A stretch of 64,000 nucleotides of DNA from Phoronis australis (GCA_002633005.1 NMRA01000128.1:520850-584849), one strand, 5' to 3'. Shown: positions 11,801 to 26,200, counted from the stretch's first letter. The notes: generated by a model from the letters alone, not told the origin. A program made the numbers and translations.

Positions 11801-14800
11801 GAAGAAAACATTGTCTTTTCTCACCAACTTTATGGCACAATGCCATCTGATAGAAGCAAGCCTGCACTTCCTCCTTCTCTGAGGCATATAGTAAAATGAC
11901 AAAAAAGTGTCAACAGTCTCTAACAGTATTTGTATACTTCTCCATTAAGACACAACAAATATTATTGTAAATTACAAAACTGACCTCCAGGCGGCGCATA
12001 TGGTGGGGGATGCCCTTGCTGTGGTGGTCCTCCAGGTGGTGGAGGTCCCCCTTGTGGAGGTCCCTTCTGTCCCTGCGGTTGTTGAGGAGGAGGTGGCAAC
12101 TGAAAAAAGAGACAACAAAGTCGCATAATACTTCTAGTAAGACAGTCACTCAGATATTTCCAGTAAGATAGCAGGAAGTATTTGAAACGCTATTTTGACT
12201 CAGTGGCAATAATTGGTCTGGATGACTTGAGCGTGACAGCTTCTGATTGCACCCCATCAAGTCATACATACATTAATCCTTAAAATACTGAACATAGCAT
12301 TTAAACTACAGTATAGACACTGGACATCTTCAGTGGTCAAAAGGTTTGACAAGTTATTGTTAGTGTGTATGCTTTAAACTTTGCAATGTCCAAGTATTTG
12401 ATTATTCACAAGACAAGTGTAATTGTAAGACAGTATAGCTACACTTAGGGTTCCTCCGTTGTCACAACATACAAAAATACAAAATGAGTCCAATTTCGCA
12501 CACAAATAATTACCGAAACTCACTGGTTTTCATTTTTCAAATGCTAACATTGTCGTCAATATTCACGATTTGCAAAGTTGTTCAGTGGTTGCTATGGTTA
12601 AGACCTTAAAACTTGAAAGCATTTATTTGTTGCTATTAATCTCAAGTGAAAACAAATTAGGGAAAATCACATTTCACTAATACCTCATATTTCAACTGAA
12701 TCGATAATATTTAACCGGGAGTAACTCTGCAAGTGAACAACTTACCAACGACACTAAGGTCTGCATCCAGTCACTGAAAATATAATGGTAAACAACTTTT
12801 AAGCATAAGCATATTATTTTGAAAACAAAACAAAAAATTTAAAAGGCACAATAGCTTAATCATTTTTTATCACCATTTTTAAAGTTGGTTATTAACTGTG
12901 ATGCACACTATAAGAAGGTTTCATGGAAGTGACCACAATTACAAACTTAACCCCTTTAACAACTCACTTCATTTGTGCATCATTCTGGAAGATGAACCAG
13001 TTGACAGGCGCCTCTTTGCTGTTTTGACTAGGGATGGCCAACAAAAGGTTCTCTTGATAGCCACCAGGTAGTGCTGGTCTGTTTGGTATAACTCTGCTGT
13101 ACTGGCCGACAGCAAGAAATTGACAGACATCCTGCAAACAAAACAGCAAAAAGAAGGGAAAGTTATGTTGAGTCTGATCCTGCGTTGACCATAAAAACCA
13201 ACAATTTCCGTATGTTAACATAATAAAATTGCAAAACAGGTTCTCTTGCCTAAGTTTTCTTCAGTCAATTATACTGGCACGTTTTCAACTAATAGAAATG
13301 GTTTTCATTTTGTTTAACATATGGATAGAAATTAACCACATTCTACCTGTTACTGAATAGCATATTTTCATTGAAATCACTGTCAACATTATTGATTTTA
13401 CATTCAAAGCAAAACCAGCACTTAACATAACAGGGCGCACAATTTCAAAAGTAAAGGTGAGCGGTTTTGTTAACTACAATGAGGAGAGGTTGCCAAATAT
13501 TTACACAGCGTGATATAAACTAGTAACTGTAAATGCATTAAGTGTATAACAGTTGATTTCATCAATAAGTCTAACCCATCTGTGATCTAAAATTTCTCTA
13601 AATAATAAGCAGTTCGACTGAACTTTGCTTCTCACAATAATCATTTAATCTAATCCAGAGCTGTTCAAACAACATCCTAGTTTCTTAAGAGAGGAAATTA
13701 AGACTTGTGGTAAAATCTCATCAACTCTGGCAACTAGTGACAAATAATTGCAAAAATTGATCGTTTTCATTTTTCAACGATTTCAAACATTGTCGTGAAA
13801 GCCCAGAATTTCCTGAAATATTGCCTGATGATCTGATGATAGCCATGGATAGAAATGCTAAAGCAATTACTTTAGTGTTACTTTACCTGTTATGAAAAAT
13901 GAAAAAAAAAATTTTGAAAAAAAAAATAAATTTCACTCGTCTACCATTAGTGGATATCGAAGATTTTAAGGATAATTTTTTTTTACTTAAGTCAAAAGAA
14001 TAAATTACAAAATGTGCATTCTGTATTATCTTTTTGACTGCGAATGGATCATTTTCAACGCAACAAAAATCAATTAAATGCTCTAGAGAGTTTAGAACAG
14101 CGTTGATGTCTGAAAAAACATACACTAACTACATGTATAAGTAAAAAATGGCAGCACGGCAGCAAATGATGGGATCAATCCTCACCTGGCTCCCCTCAAA
14201 CATGAATCTTCCTACCAGACTAAAAGTCAAATCATACCATGCAAAACTTTTCTTATAATGCGTGTTCCATCAAACAAACTAATCTATCTGTTGGTTTACA
14301 CCATTTACCACTATAAATCTGATCTCAACTTGTTTGTTACTCTGGTGATCAGTAGTTTCTAGGATTGGAGAGAACAGGCACACTGTTATTGCTCAAGACC
14401 ATGGTCGACGGATAAAATGTGCATTACTGAGCCACTGGTCTCAACCAATAACAAGGCAGCTCTCAAACTATCAAGCTCTTTCCAATCCCAGAATGCACCC
14501 CTAATTAGAGTAAGGGACACGTTGAGGCTAATTACATTGTATCGAGTCATTTAAATCGAGTAATTTTCTAACAGAAGGTGGGTTACATGAGCTTCAAGAA
14601 TAAAAGTGATTCTGTACATACCTTTACACAGATTGATCCCTCGGACCATTGCAATGTACTGTCTTGGTACAAACTGACTTCATTTGGCAACCACTGGTTT
14701 TTAGATTCTGAAGGTAACGAACATACAGGTTTTATAAAAACATTGACTGGCAGTATAACATAAACTGCAATAAATTTAAACAAGAAGAAACTTCACATTG

Positions 14801-16919
14801 ACTAGCTTGCTGCCATAATTCAAGTTTTAAGCCGAATGACTTCTGATGTCAAAGCTTGAGAATCATACATACGAAGATACATCATTAATTTTTAATTAAC
14901 ACTCAGCAATTATATTATATGGGATTCAAAATTATTTTCAAGAAAAGTTTAAGTGCTTGAAAATAACAGATACAAAAATGCGACAAAATTTTTCTTACTC
15001 AAAAACGTCACCAGACTCCCTTTCTTCACAGTGGGTCGTGTATCTACAAGAGAACACATCCATCATCAACTAGAATCAAATAACATTGATTATCTTATCT
15101 CCATGGCTTTTTGTTGCAAAAATAATTTCAGCTCTGTTTTAATTGTTAAAACGGTGTTCATATTCATATCTTTGCCTACATACACTACAATGATTTACTA
15201 TGAAGAACAAGTACAGTAGGACTCATATTAAATTAGCAGAAACAATGCAACTTATTCATCAGAACTTAATGCGGAAATAGTTTCATTGACCAATATACTG
15301 TAGATAACATTCGGTGAACAAAACAAAAGCCAGTTATAAATTGATGTTGATTCACATAATTCTAATTCCCTAATCAACAAACACACCACATGATTTTGAC
15401 AGTGGTGCGTATACGTGACATGACACAGTTTTGGACTGATCTGGGTAAAAAGTGGGTGAAATAAAATGTTTGTCTTTGCAATGACTAACGTCAATTGAGA
15501 GTAGAAACAATAATGTTGGTCAGTTATTCTGCAATAAACATTGGTGGAGAAATCATTTGCAAAAAATCTGAGTGCAACGAAAGACAGTGCCATCTGCTGG
15601 CCATGCTGGCCAATTTCTGTTTCTGTTAATCCGTCAACTCACCGTTATTTTTTCACATGTTTGCCTACAGGTCATATTAAATAACCAGAAGATCATTTTT
15701 TAATAGTTCTGGGCATTTTATTACAAGCGATGGTGTCACCAATTCAAGAAAGATGTTGCTTTACCAAAACCAAAACATTGAACAATGCATGTCACGAGTA
15801 TACGGTTTTTAGACACCAATTGTCTCAAACGGTTCCATCTAAAAATAAAAGGTATATACAATAGTAATGTGACTTTGAGAATTTAATCAGAGTTAACTGC
15901 ATTAATTTGCAGAAAATCTTCCCGCATACAGTTTTGATTACCAGTAGGATGTGCCACCACCTAGGAATCATTTGAATGTAGATGTTGCAAAAACATATGC
16001 ATGGTTAGGTGAGCCATATTTTGATAAGTTTCATGATTGTGGATGGACCGCAAATTGAGTTCAACAGGACTGATAAAGCAAGCTTCATTCAATATACCAT
16101 CCCATAAAACCGCCATATGCTTTTCAGCAAATTATGCCTCACATTGATTAAACCATCAAAGTTACTTTGTGATATATATACTATTTGAAAATTATAGAAG
16201 GACACATTTGGATACCACTGATTTCTTTAAATCCTTTCACTTGAACAAATATTGAGGTAATTAAGATTTTTTTCTAATGCATTTCCATTCCTCGGCCATT
16301 GTGTCCAGGTACGAGAGGTACGTGCAACCCTCGCAGCCAAGTTTGGAGCACTATGAACTCCTGCAAATCACCAGGACCAGTGTATTAAATGCATTAGTGA
16401 TAGTTCACTGCTGGCCGAAGGTGAAGGTCATGGAGGTCGACCACGATATAATCAAAAAATTACCAGCTGTAGTCGACATGCATTGTGACGTAATCACAAC
16501 AGAAATGGTTCAGTTCACAATTTCGTTGATGGAATGGAGGACTATTGAGAAAAAATGTTGACTGAGTTGATTAGGATAGAGTCATAGACTAAAACTCGCT
16601 CTAGCTTCCAAAGGCAAAGGTGTCGACCTACAATCAAAAGGTAAATTTAGTAACGTGACTTTGATGGTTTAGCCAGGTTTTTGCTGAAAATCTTCTGAGG
16701 TACAGGCCCGATTAGGATATGTCGTCGCCTAGTTTAGTCATACAGTTAGCTGGTTGTTTATTCGCTGCCCACCAAGTCACTGGCCACTGTCACTGGCTTG
16801 TGAACAAACTAGGTCTAGAGTTCAACAGAGAACGTCCTGTTTGCCCTTGAAACCATATGAATAATTTTTAGCTTACCGTGGGTCTTAACGCTCTTTTCCG
16901 AGCTTGCCGAACAACCCAT
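8860..16919 (-). CDS. PH-domain protein, evectin/PLEKHB-like, with MGCxxS N-terminus, Pro/Gln-rich region and Gly/Tyr/Asp-rich tail; about 435 aa
   Basis: Coding exons on -: 16919-16877 (MGCSASSEKSVKTH), 14707-14622 (SKNQWLPNEVSLYQDSTLQWSEGSICVK), 13131-12968 (DVCQFLAVGQ...WFIFQNDAQM), 12773-12746 (DWMQTLVSL, PH C-terminal helix Trp), 12099-11985 (LPPPPQQ...HPPPYAPPG), 11190-10888 (...TTVIVQD...SFATG), 9428-8860 (MLLGAAMGGGWGYGWG...GGGDFD*). All introns are GT-AG and phase-consistent; total 1308 nt. FATGMLLGAAMG resembles the evectin LALGMLAGAATG motif. Confidence 0.78.
8870..9105 (-). repeat. Coding minisatellite, mostly 18-bp unit encoding GGGYDD
   Basis: Repeated ataaccaccaccatcgtc variants on +; about a dozen GYD(D/N)GG units grading into GFDD/GDFD. 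Confidence 0.9.
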
Positions 16920-17286
16920 TTTCAAAAAGAACGACTTCAAACCGAGATAAATACGAACTGCACTTTTGTCACTCCATTTCACCTGACGTGTGTTTACGTT
17001 ACAAATGCACTGTCGCTACAACTGTCTGTTGCGCATTGCTTCCGAGCAGTTTCCGGGTATGCGAGGAGCATAAACTATTTCTATTTTGAAGAGTTTACTT
17101 GAAAAAAAATGTTGTATATAGTACCAATTTAATAAATTAGAACTATATTTTCTCATATTAAAATATAAATTTGAAAATAATTTTGTTCAGTTTGATAAAA
17201 ATTATTGCACGATTTCATGTGTTGTATCAGACCTTCAAAGAATCCGTTTCACCTCCCTTAATCCGGGTATCTTTCTAAGTTCTAAA
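16920..17286. promoter_or_regulatory. Compact bidirectional promoter between the PH-domain gene (-) and GANAB (+)
   Basis: Predicted start codons are 367 bp apart head-to-head; the GANAB start sits in a YY1-like aaaatggcg context. Confidence 0.65.
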
Positions 17287-20200
17287 ATGGCGATGCCCAG
17301 TCGGTGAGTTGGCTGCTCTCGACGGTTTTCATTGTTTAGGGGTCTTTGTGATTTGTGTGCTTGACTTTTTGTTCAACAACTGCCACGTTGCCTTGGAAAA
17401 GTCTGAACTCAGCATTATCTTTCAATGGCAAAACATGTAGCGTGCATAACTCTGTTCATTTTGGTCAGAAATCCTCCGAAATCGGTCAATCAATGTCACT
17501 CATCTGATTGTCGATTGTCGTCGGATTGAAATTGATTAGGCTAATGCGTTGCCCTTTGTCGGAGGCTCACTCTGTCGAGACTTTGTTGTTGTTTAGAACA
17601 CGACATCAAATTCAACTATGAGTGACAAAAATCAGTTTTCAGTGAATATCAGGCGTTATCGTTATTCAGTGAGGTATTTGAGTATTTTATTACAGACTGA
17701 GCGAATTCTTTAACGTCAACAAGTTGGCCTACTCTAGTCTAGGCTAGGCCAAAGACATTAACACGACTATTCACTTTGGCCGCCGCCATTATTGTGTCAT
17801 GGACCCTGGCAACATCTAGCGGGGATGTGTGTGTGTGTGCTGATTATAGTTTGTCAAATTTAAAACTGTGAAGTGTCTTTATTTAAAATATTGAGAACAA
17901 AAAATATGAACAGTGTAATGGAAAAAATACACATAGGCAAAACATATAGAGTAGATCTAAGGTAATATGGTCGGGACTGTGGATACCTATCATTGTCAGG
18001 CTTCAATGGTCGTCGGCCATCTTCTTTCGCTAACGTCTCGGAAGAAACAGGCATTGAAGAACTGAGACGAAAATCAATGTATTTACTGATTGTCTTTTGA
18101 AACCTCTTAAAAACTTGTAGATTTTACTAATGCACTTTTTTGTTCATTTTCAGGAGATATTTTCAAAATTAAATTTTCTTCAGACGGGACAAAAAACAAC
18201 CCAGGGATTGTTTATGCAATGTATCTATTTGTCCCAGGCACAAATCGACACCTCTTAGGCCAAAAGAAATCACAGCAGACAAATGCAACTCGCTGGGTGC
18301 TTAACAGTTTTGGCCCACTCATTAGTCATCAAAATATTGTCCACTTTTTTTTTATTGCAAAATACAGTGTTGAGCTCAACATTTATGTTGAAATTTTTGG
18401 TTCAGGCACTTTGGATTTATTTGAAGAAAATTAAAATACTTCAATTGATAGAGAATGACCACCAAAAAAGTAAAACATTGACTTTATTATCACCACATTG
18501 CATTGCTACATACAACACAGCATACATAATTAAAAATAAAAGAAGAGATTGAGCAATAAACCGCAAATGCAACTTCGGTGTTTATTTATTTGTGATTACA
18601 GAAGCCTGTTAAAAGTGAAAGAAATCAAATAATATGATTTTGAGTAACTTATTAGAGCAACTGTATCGAGGTTCAATGGTCAACTTCAGCCAATCAAGTC
18701 TCAAAGGGTTACAGTTCTGTTTTTGGCTGGCAAGGTGTTAACAGAGAATGGAGAAAAACTGAAAAGAAAGACAACAGAGATAAATGGTGTTAAGAACAAC
18801 AAGAGCAAAAAGTCAAATAAAGAGGTCACAAACAGAAAATAAGCAAGGTCTATCTGGAATAAAAGAATCACGATTTATTTTTTAGAACTGAAATTCTGAT
18901 CCAATTTTAATTGATTTAAAATCGATATTACACCAGTAAAACAGTCTGTGGTTGAACTAGAATTGTTTGTAAACCATTTTCCACTGTTTTCTTGGCTTTT
19001 TTCTGTGTGGTTTTCTGTTCTTTCAAAAGGTGGCAGCATATGACGACATAGGAATCATAAAATGGCTGCCGAAAAGCAATGTACAGTTGAAACAACTCGG
19101 CATAAATTAAAGAAACCTTTCGAATCAACAGTTACTATATTATATTTGTGAGAGTTAATTCCTATTCGTAGCATAAATTTGAAGTGGAATAATTCGGTGA
19201 GTACGACAACAAGCCGGTTTTATGCTTAGGCGGACGACCATTGGTTTCCTCGTGTGTATAAATTACGAGGAATACATCATAAGCAAAAGGGTGACTCAAT
19301 AATCAGAGGTGAGCAGGTGAGAGTAGCGGGATGGGCAGGTACAGAACCTGCAGGATTTTCTCCAGCGGGGGTCAGGGAACTGATAAACATGTGACAGATT
19401 TGCTGAAGAAGAGATAGGAGCAAAAATGGAGGGTGCGCCCCTCAACCAAAAGATTGGATGCAGAGATAGCTTTTTGCCCCCAATATCCCAGGGGTTAATA
19501 TCAATAAATTAAAAATTAAGTACTAATTTGTTTCAAACTAAAATTGAAAAATTAACAGATTCTCCTCTCCCCAACCATCAAATGTTTCCTACACTGATGT
19601 CCAAAAACTGCCCTCTTCCGCTATCCAAATACGGGTCCAGAACTTTGTTTCGAAAATTCACACCTTATGACATTCTGCAGTCAAATAAGTATTAGCGAAT
19701 AAATAAAAACAATAAATGAATAAATATTAAAGTATAGATAAAGTTGAATGTATAAAATAATTTAGATTCTAAAAGTACAGTTAATTTTGGAATTACCCAG
19801 TGTGTTGCTTCTCCACACCCAAAAAATCAAGCAACTGGCATGTGCGTGTCGTGAATATCGTCTCGAAATCAACATCTGAGTTTTCTTTGTTACAAAAGCA
19901 GAAGAGTGACTACAGTTACTAATGTATTTGGGTTTCTTTTAAACTGTTAAACTATGGAAGGGAGATTTGTTTAATGTGTCCGTTTTTACCCATACTGACT
20001 CCTACCTGTGTTTTGACATTCAGTCATACACAACTAGTTGTGAGTGTTTTGGGACCTGAACTTTTTATGGTATGGTTTCTCATGGATTTGTGCGCTTACT
20101 GTTAACCCTGGTCAGTTTTGTTAGCAAATCTGAAAAAATTCTAACAAGCAGTTGACAGTAATATATCTTCTCATTTCAGCTTTCACTAAAAATTTATTAT

Positions 20201-23200
20201 CAAAAGTCACAAATATTTCATTTTTGAGAATTTTTTCGCGTTCTTAAAAATGCTACTTTCATCTGCTTCTGTTTATAGTCATAAATGCTGCCTGTGTAGT
20301 ACAAAGTAAAGTTATGTAAAATATGCCTGCAATCAAATGTAAAATATGGCTGCTTGCTCATAATACAAATTGTTTTTCTGAGGTCATCATGTTTAGTTGC
20401 AACCATCATTTCAGGTATCGGACACTCTGGTCAGTAGCAGTGGTGGCTGTGCTATGGTGTGACATTGTATTCACTGTAGACAGGGGCAACTTCAAAACAT
20501 GCGATCAAAGTGGCTTCTGCAAGTAAGTTTTCATGTTGTAATGGTATAAGACATGTTTCTGCTCTCAGATTAGGTCCGAACAAGGAGAAAGTAACAGAAA
20601 TGCTCAAATTGTTGATATCGCTCGAAGCAGTTGAAGCTTGTGTGAGACGTGAAGAATATATTAAGGTTGCAGAGTAATGGCACTACTGAGATGATAACTA
20701 TACTTGACTATCTAAAACATTTTGTGTATATCTTAGCTGGACATATGTTGATGGGATGTTGTTGAGCAGATCAAAGTGGCTTCTTTTCAATGATAAGTTG
20801 AGTAGATGTTTGGAGGGGGGGGGGGGCATTGCTTTGTTGCTAGAGTCTGAATTTAATGAAAGAAGGTGAAGTCATTAGTTAAGTCTGTTAGTGGTGTCCA
20901 ATATTCCTGTGGGTATTGTTCATGTATTATTGATTAGATCTAGCATGCAGTTGTCATCACCTTGCAAGGTATATAATACTTGATGGGGCTGCATAATGTA
21001 TGTATCTTGTTGTTCGCTACAATGTTACTGAAACTTACCTGTATGGTATTAAGTATGACATCTACAAACTGTCTGGTTTATGCAAAACCCCAACACAGCT
21101 GTTACGAATAAAGTTTAATATTTAGTCCTTCAATTACTTGTCTTTTATACAGGTCCTTAATATTGTTGAAATTTGGTTAAATGCAATTCCCACTGATAAG
21201 GCTACTCATACACTTCTTATGTTGATAGGGAAGGAAGAAAGCTTCATTTGAGGAAGGGTTAAATATTCTTGACATCTATCATTTTTGTCTTTAACCAGAA
21301 ATGAACGGTTATGCTGTTGTTGCTAAGAGTGCCACCTGGTGTGCTACCAAGTTAAACAGTATCTAGGCAATGTGTGATTATGCTGCTATTCTTCAGTGTG
21401 TCATGTGGTGTGCTAGTGTTATTGAATAGTGATCATTGTGTAGAGTTGGTTGAGAGATTCATGCGATGTATTAGCATGATGTCTCTACACCTGCGGAGGA
21501 CCTTTAGGGGTTTTGTCTCTCTTCGTCAATAATTCTTTCGGGGCAGCTGTTTCTGGCGCTGCAATTATAAATCAATACTTGAGGTGGATTGATTTCTCAA
21601 TATCTGGTGTTTCCAAAACCTGCATGAAAAGTAGCAGATTGCAACATGTCAAACATGGCCACTTCAAAAATAATCTGACCTCTGGGCATCCCAATGTTAA
21701 ATTGAGGCTTGTGTGTAATTCAGGCTTTTTGTCAATAAGTGGATTTTATTAAATGTGATTCAAGAATGTTTTCTGGTTCTTATATTTCCTTTGTGTTGCA
21801 TAATTGATACTAATCAAATTTGGTTGAGCAAATGCAAGGATTTCTTAGAACTGAGCAATATGTTATGTTCTAGGAAAATGTGGAGACCAGTATCAATAGA
21901 ACACTACAAAATATTTATTAGGTTTAACAATTATGCTGTCAGTAAGCAAGACGAGATGAAACTTTTATGTCCCGAATGTCGAGGCAAAGTCTTAGTTTCT
22001 AAAGGGCATCAGGGAAGTTCTTCAATATTTCTTTATATCAGAGAAGTGGACACACGTATGGTGGGAACATTATTCCCCTCACTATACAGTCAAGGGGCCT
22101 CTTCCAAGAAAACTGACTTAGCTAAGATAAATCTTAAATTTTAGTAAATTTTAAAATAAAAGTAAAATTTGTCTCAAAAGCAATTCAAGAAATAGATCTT
22201 AAGTTTGACTTAAGTGTATGACCCAAACTTTGACTAACTTTCCAGATGTGGAAGTTTCAAAGTTTGGTAGTTAAGACAAATCTTAGACTTAAGTAAAAAT
22301 GAACTTAAGTCAGTTTCTTGGAACGGGCCCATGAACTCTAAATTCATTCTGTGGCATGTGCTTCATTATTACAGGCGCCAGAGGGCCATCAACAAGCAGC
22401 CTTCACCATCACCATATATTGTGTTAATGGACACTTTGAAACTGCAAGCCTCTGAGTTCACTGTGCAACTACTCAATACTCATAATAACATCCGATTCAC
22501 GCTGGAAGTGAATGCACTAGAAAAAAACACAGCTAGACTAAAGATACGCGAGACCGAGCCGATTCGACCCCGATATGAAATTCCCGTCGGTGACGTACTA
22601 GTTGGTGAACCAAAACAGCAGGGGTGAGCGCAGGTTTACATTGATCTTGCCATTACTGATAGTGTTGAATAAATAATTAGCTGTCTTAGAATCCTTATTA
22701 AATGGAAACCCAATGTCTTGTTTGTGAAATGTGTTGGCCTTCAATCGACATTACATTTAATTTGTTCTTCCTCGATTCTCTTGCAGCATGACTGTTGTCA
22801 GTCAGGATGACAGTCAAGTCAGTGTGAGTTTTGAGAACAATAAAATCGTGCTTCAGGCTAAACCATTCAGGATTGACCTGTTTGCTGATGGTGAACCTGT
22901 GTTCAGCGTTAACTCAAGGGGTCTGCTCAAGTTTGAACATGGAAGGGAGAAAAGGTAACAATAAATGTGCTTATTTAGGCCTTTGGTGCAGATTTAAGGG
23001 GGTTATATTTTCATGCCATTGGGTGGGGTTTTGTTCAGTACATTCAATGCATCACAAGACTCTTGTCAAACAGGTGAAAGCAAGGTTACAGCTGGACGTC
23101 TGCAGGATGGTAAGGTGTTGCCAGCTGTCCAGCTTTGCAATAGATGCATGCTGAATTCATTGACATAGTAATCTAGTGTGATCATGAATGAATGTGATGC

Positions 23201-26200
23201 ACCAGAAAGTGTTGGTGGTATGTTGTGAAACATTGGCTGTAATGACAGTTCATTGTAAGTTAGTTTAGCTGTGAAGGGTAATAGTCACCGTGACTGAGAA
23301 ATGGTGTTTTGTCTGATTGGTGTTGGCATGTACTGTATTAGTTGGATGGAGACTATATGAGGCACACTGGATTGTTAACTTTGCACATTTTTTTCAGGAA
23401 ATCCTGCAAGACATGAGTAGATACTTAGGGTTTCAGAACCACTTATCAATACTTAAAAGATTGTGTTAAAGAGGAACATGCACTCTAAATCCTTATCTCT
23501 GTGATTGCTTGGTCAAATTAGTTAGAAACAACATAAAGTGACAATGTGAATATAAAGTACATTAAAAATTGCCAAATGTTGTTAAGATTAAGAACGAGTT
23601 TTGTGTCGAAAATGATCCGCCGTAAATCACGGAACCGCGTCCAGTAAGTATCTTGACATGGTGCTGGGAAATACCACTGCATGATGTGGGTTATGTGAGC
23701 CCCCAAGGTACATCATTTGTGCAAAAAGTAACCTATTTGCAGATTGAAATTTTTGTTTTCACATTTACGAGTTGTCATTGAATACAACTGCATTTTGTTT
23801 AGCGTAGATAATGTTCAAATAGCGTTGTCGTTTAGTTCTTGCTTTACATTTATAGTTAGGACCATGCAAATTCATCTTAAAGGAATAACAAACTAGTAGC
23901 AAACAAAATCGCTTCTCATATCAATGAGGAACTAGGTCAGATCAATTTTGAACTGACTGTTGACATTTTTGCCCGTGTAGTGCTGTGTTGCCAAGTGTCT
24001 CTTGGCTATTGTGGTGGGCAGACTTTCACCACGTACTAAGTGCCTCAGCGTCTGAGTATTATTAAGCCTAAAAAGTGTTATAAATAAATTTCCAAACTTA
24101 GGAACACCATATTTCAGGAACGGTTGATGGGATTCAAAAGAAACCTCAAATTGGGAAAAAGGCCCTTGGGAATTGTTTTTGAAGAGTTTCAAGGTCCTCA
24201 ATAATGTGTTACCAAAAAACTGAAACTTTGTATGAAACAAAGTAGTTTTTTGGAAACTTCAGAGTCTTTTTTGAGATTTGGTCTGGAATGTTAAGACATT
24301 TGGTCAATATGCTTTCCAGGTGTACCTTAAAGTATTTGTTAAGTTCAAAACCCGTAACTTAACTCTCTTACTGTCATTAGTCTTCACGTTCTCGCTGAAT
24401 GGCGCCTCCTTGTTTGTAGGGGCCTAATTCAAAAAGTACGATCTTCTATTGGCTCCTATATTTCTTCATGGTTGTCCAAACCTTTCAGTGCTGCACCTGC
24501 TGTTGACGAGACAGAAAAAAAGGAAGACGATGAGGATAGGCCAGAGGAGGTAAGCTTCAAGACTGCGCCACTTCCAAGGGTTTTAAGGATCGTATTGAAT
24601 TGTTTGTGTTTTTATTCAGATAAACCGATAGCAGTTATTGCATCTTGAGTCTTTTCAAACAAGGCATCTCGTTTCACAAGAAAGATTTTCTTTAGACAGC
24701 TTTTGGCTGTTGAAAATATGAATGTGAATTAACATTCAGTGTTTCAAGTAACTTGGAAATAAACACATTAGGTAGCAAATATGAAAGAAACTGCTTTTCT
24801 AATGAAAATGATTTACAAAGCAGGACCTTTGGTGTTGGTATTAACATTTTGAATGTGGGGTGAAACTTTAATAGAAAATATGTCTTTTGCCAACTTAACT
24901 CACTGACAGTCTTGCCTAAATAATACTTTGAAAACTTTACTCAAGGTGCTTGATACATCGATAAAAATGCTCAAGTTTTTACCAAATGTTGCTTGGTAAT
25001 AGCTTCACCATAGAAGCTGTGCTAAAACCAAAGTAAATTGTCCTGAAAGTTATTTATTTTTGTTGAGACCAAAAAGAAATTTCACCTGCAAATTTTTTAC
25101 CATAGATAAGTAATCTCTCTGTAACTTGACACACTTAATTTTGTTTTTTGTCTCAATTCCTTGTTTTGTATTTCCCCACTCTAGGCCGATGCTCAGGAAG
25201 AAAAGGATGAAAACGAGCCTGAGAAAAAAGATGACACGGCAGATGAGGAACCAGACATGTGGGAAGAAACATTTAAAAGTCACCAGGACAGCAAGAAACG
25301 AGGTGAGCTTCAGGGAAAATCATCAAAGCTAGTGGAAAGGAAAAAAAGGAAATATCCGGTGGGGAAGTTAGTTAGAATGAAACAAGTCTGATTTTTCATC
25401 CGTCGTATCGCGATGTCAGCATACTGTGAAACCCAAGTACATGAATGGCGAAAATTACCTTGTGGTTACTTTTTGTTTAAAAAATGTCTCGTGGGAAGTG
25501 AAAATTATATCCTGGAAAAGCGAGAGAAAGTGAAAGCCCCATGTTTTTGGCATATTTTTTTCATCGTAGAAAGTTTCATTCTTAGCATCTAAAAATCGAA
25601 TAGCAAAATTACTGAAAATTTTAAAATATTAGTTTATCTTTGTAGTGCTTTAATCTGAGTGTATTATGATTCTCTGTCTATCATCTTTATACACAAAATA
25701 ATTTAATGTCAACCCAATAGATTACTTGTGATAAGTAAAGGTCATTATGTCAAGCACCTCATCTGTCTGGTTTAGTGTCTGAGATGCATTTCCTAATATA
25801 CAAGCAACAAAACAGAGAAGACGAAGCAAATGGTCGTCTTATTCTTATTCTTCAAACACAAATTCCAGTTTTTTTTCTTTAAAGTCTTTAACAGTCTGCG
25901 TTAGAGGAGCATTTGTACCATGTGGTTTGTGGATTGAAACTTTCTATCTCCATACTGTTCTCATCACATGGACAATGGTTGCAACATATATCCACATTCT
26001 GCTCCCTATGAGAGTTGTTTAGACTTTGTACCCTGAGATCAGTCTCAACATTTGTCTTGAGAATGGTTTAGTCATAATAAACCCGACGGTCCACTAATAC
26101 AATATCTTTGTGTGTGTATGTGCTGATTTTTAAGTTTCGTAGTACGGTACTCATATTTTGGCCATAAACAAATGTGATCAAAACCGAATGTCTTCAGTAA

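Noticed and set aside
14186-14219. AG...GT-bounded 34-nt segment on - as an extra PH-gene exon
   Set aside because: Contains an in-frame stop and breaks phase; no support beyond splice-like motifs.
24489-24549. Acidic GANAB exon as an alternatively skipped cassette
   Set aside because: It is 61 nt with asymmetric phases, so skipping it alone would cause a frameshift.
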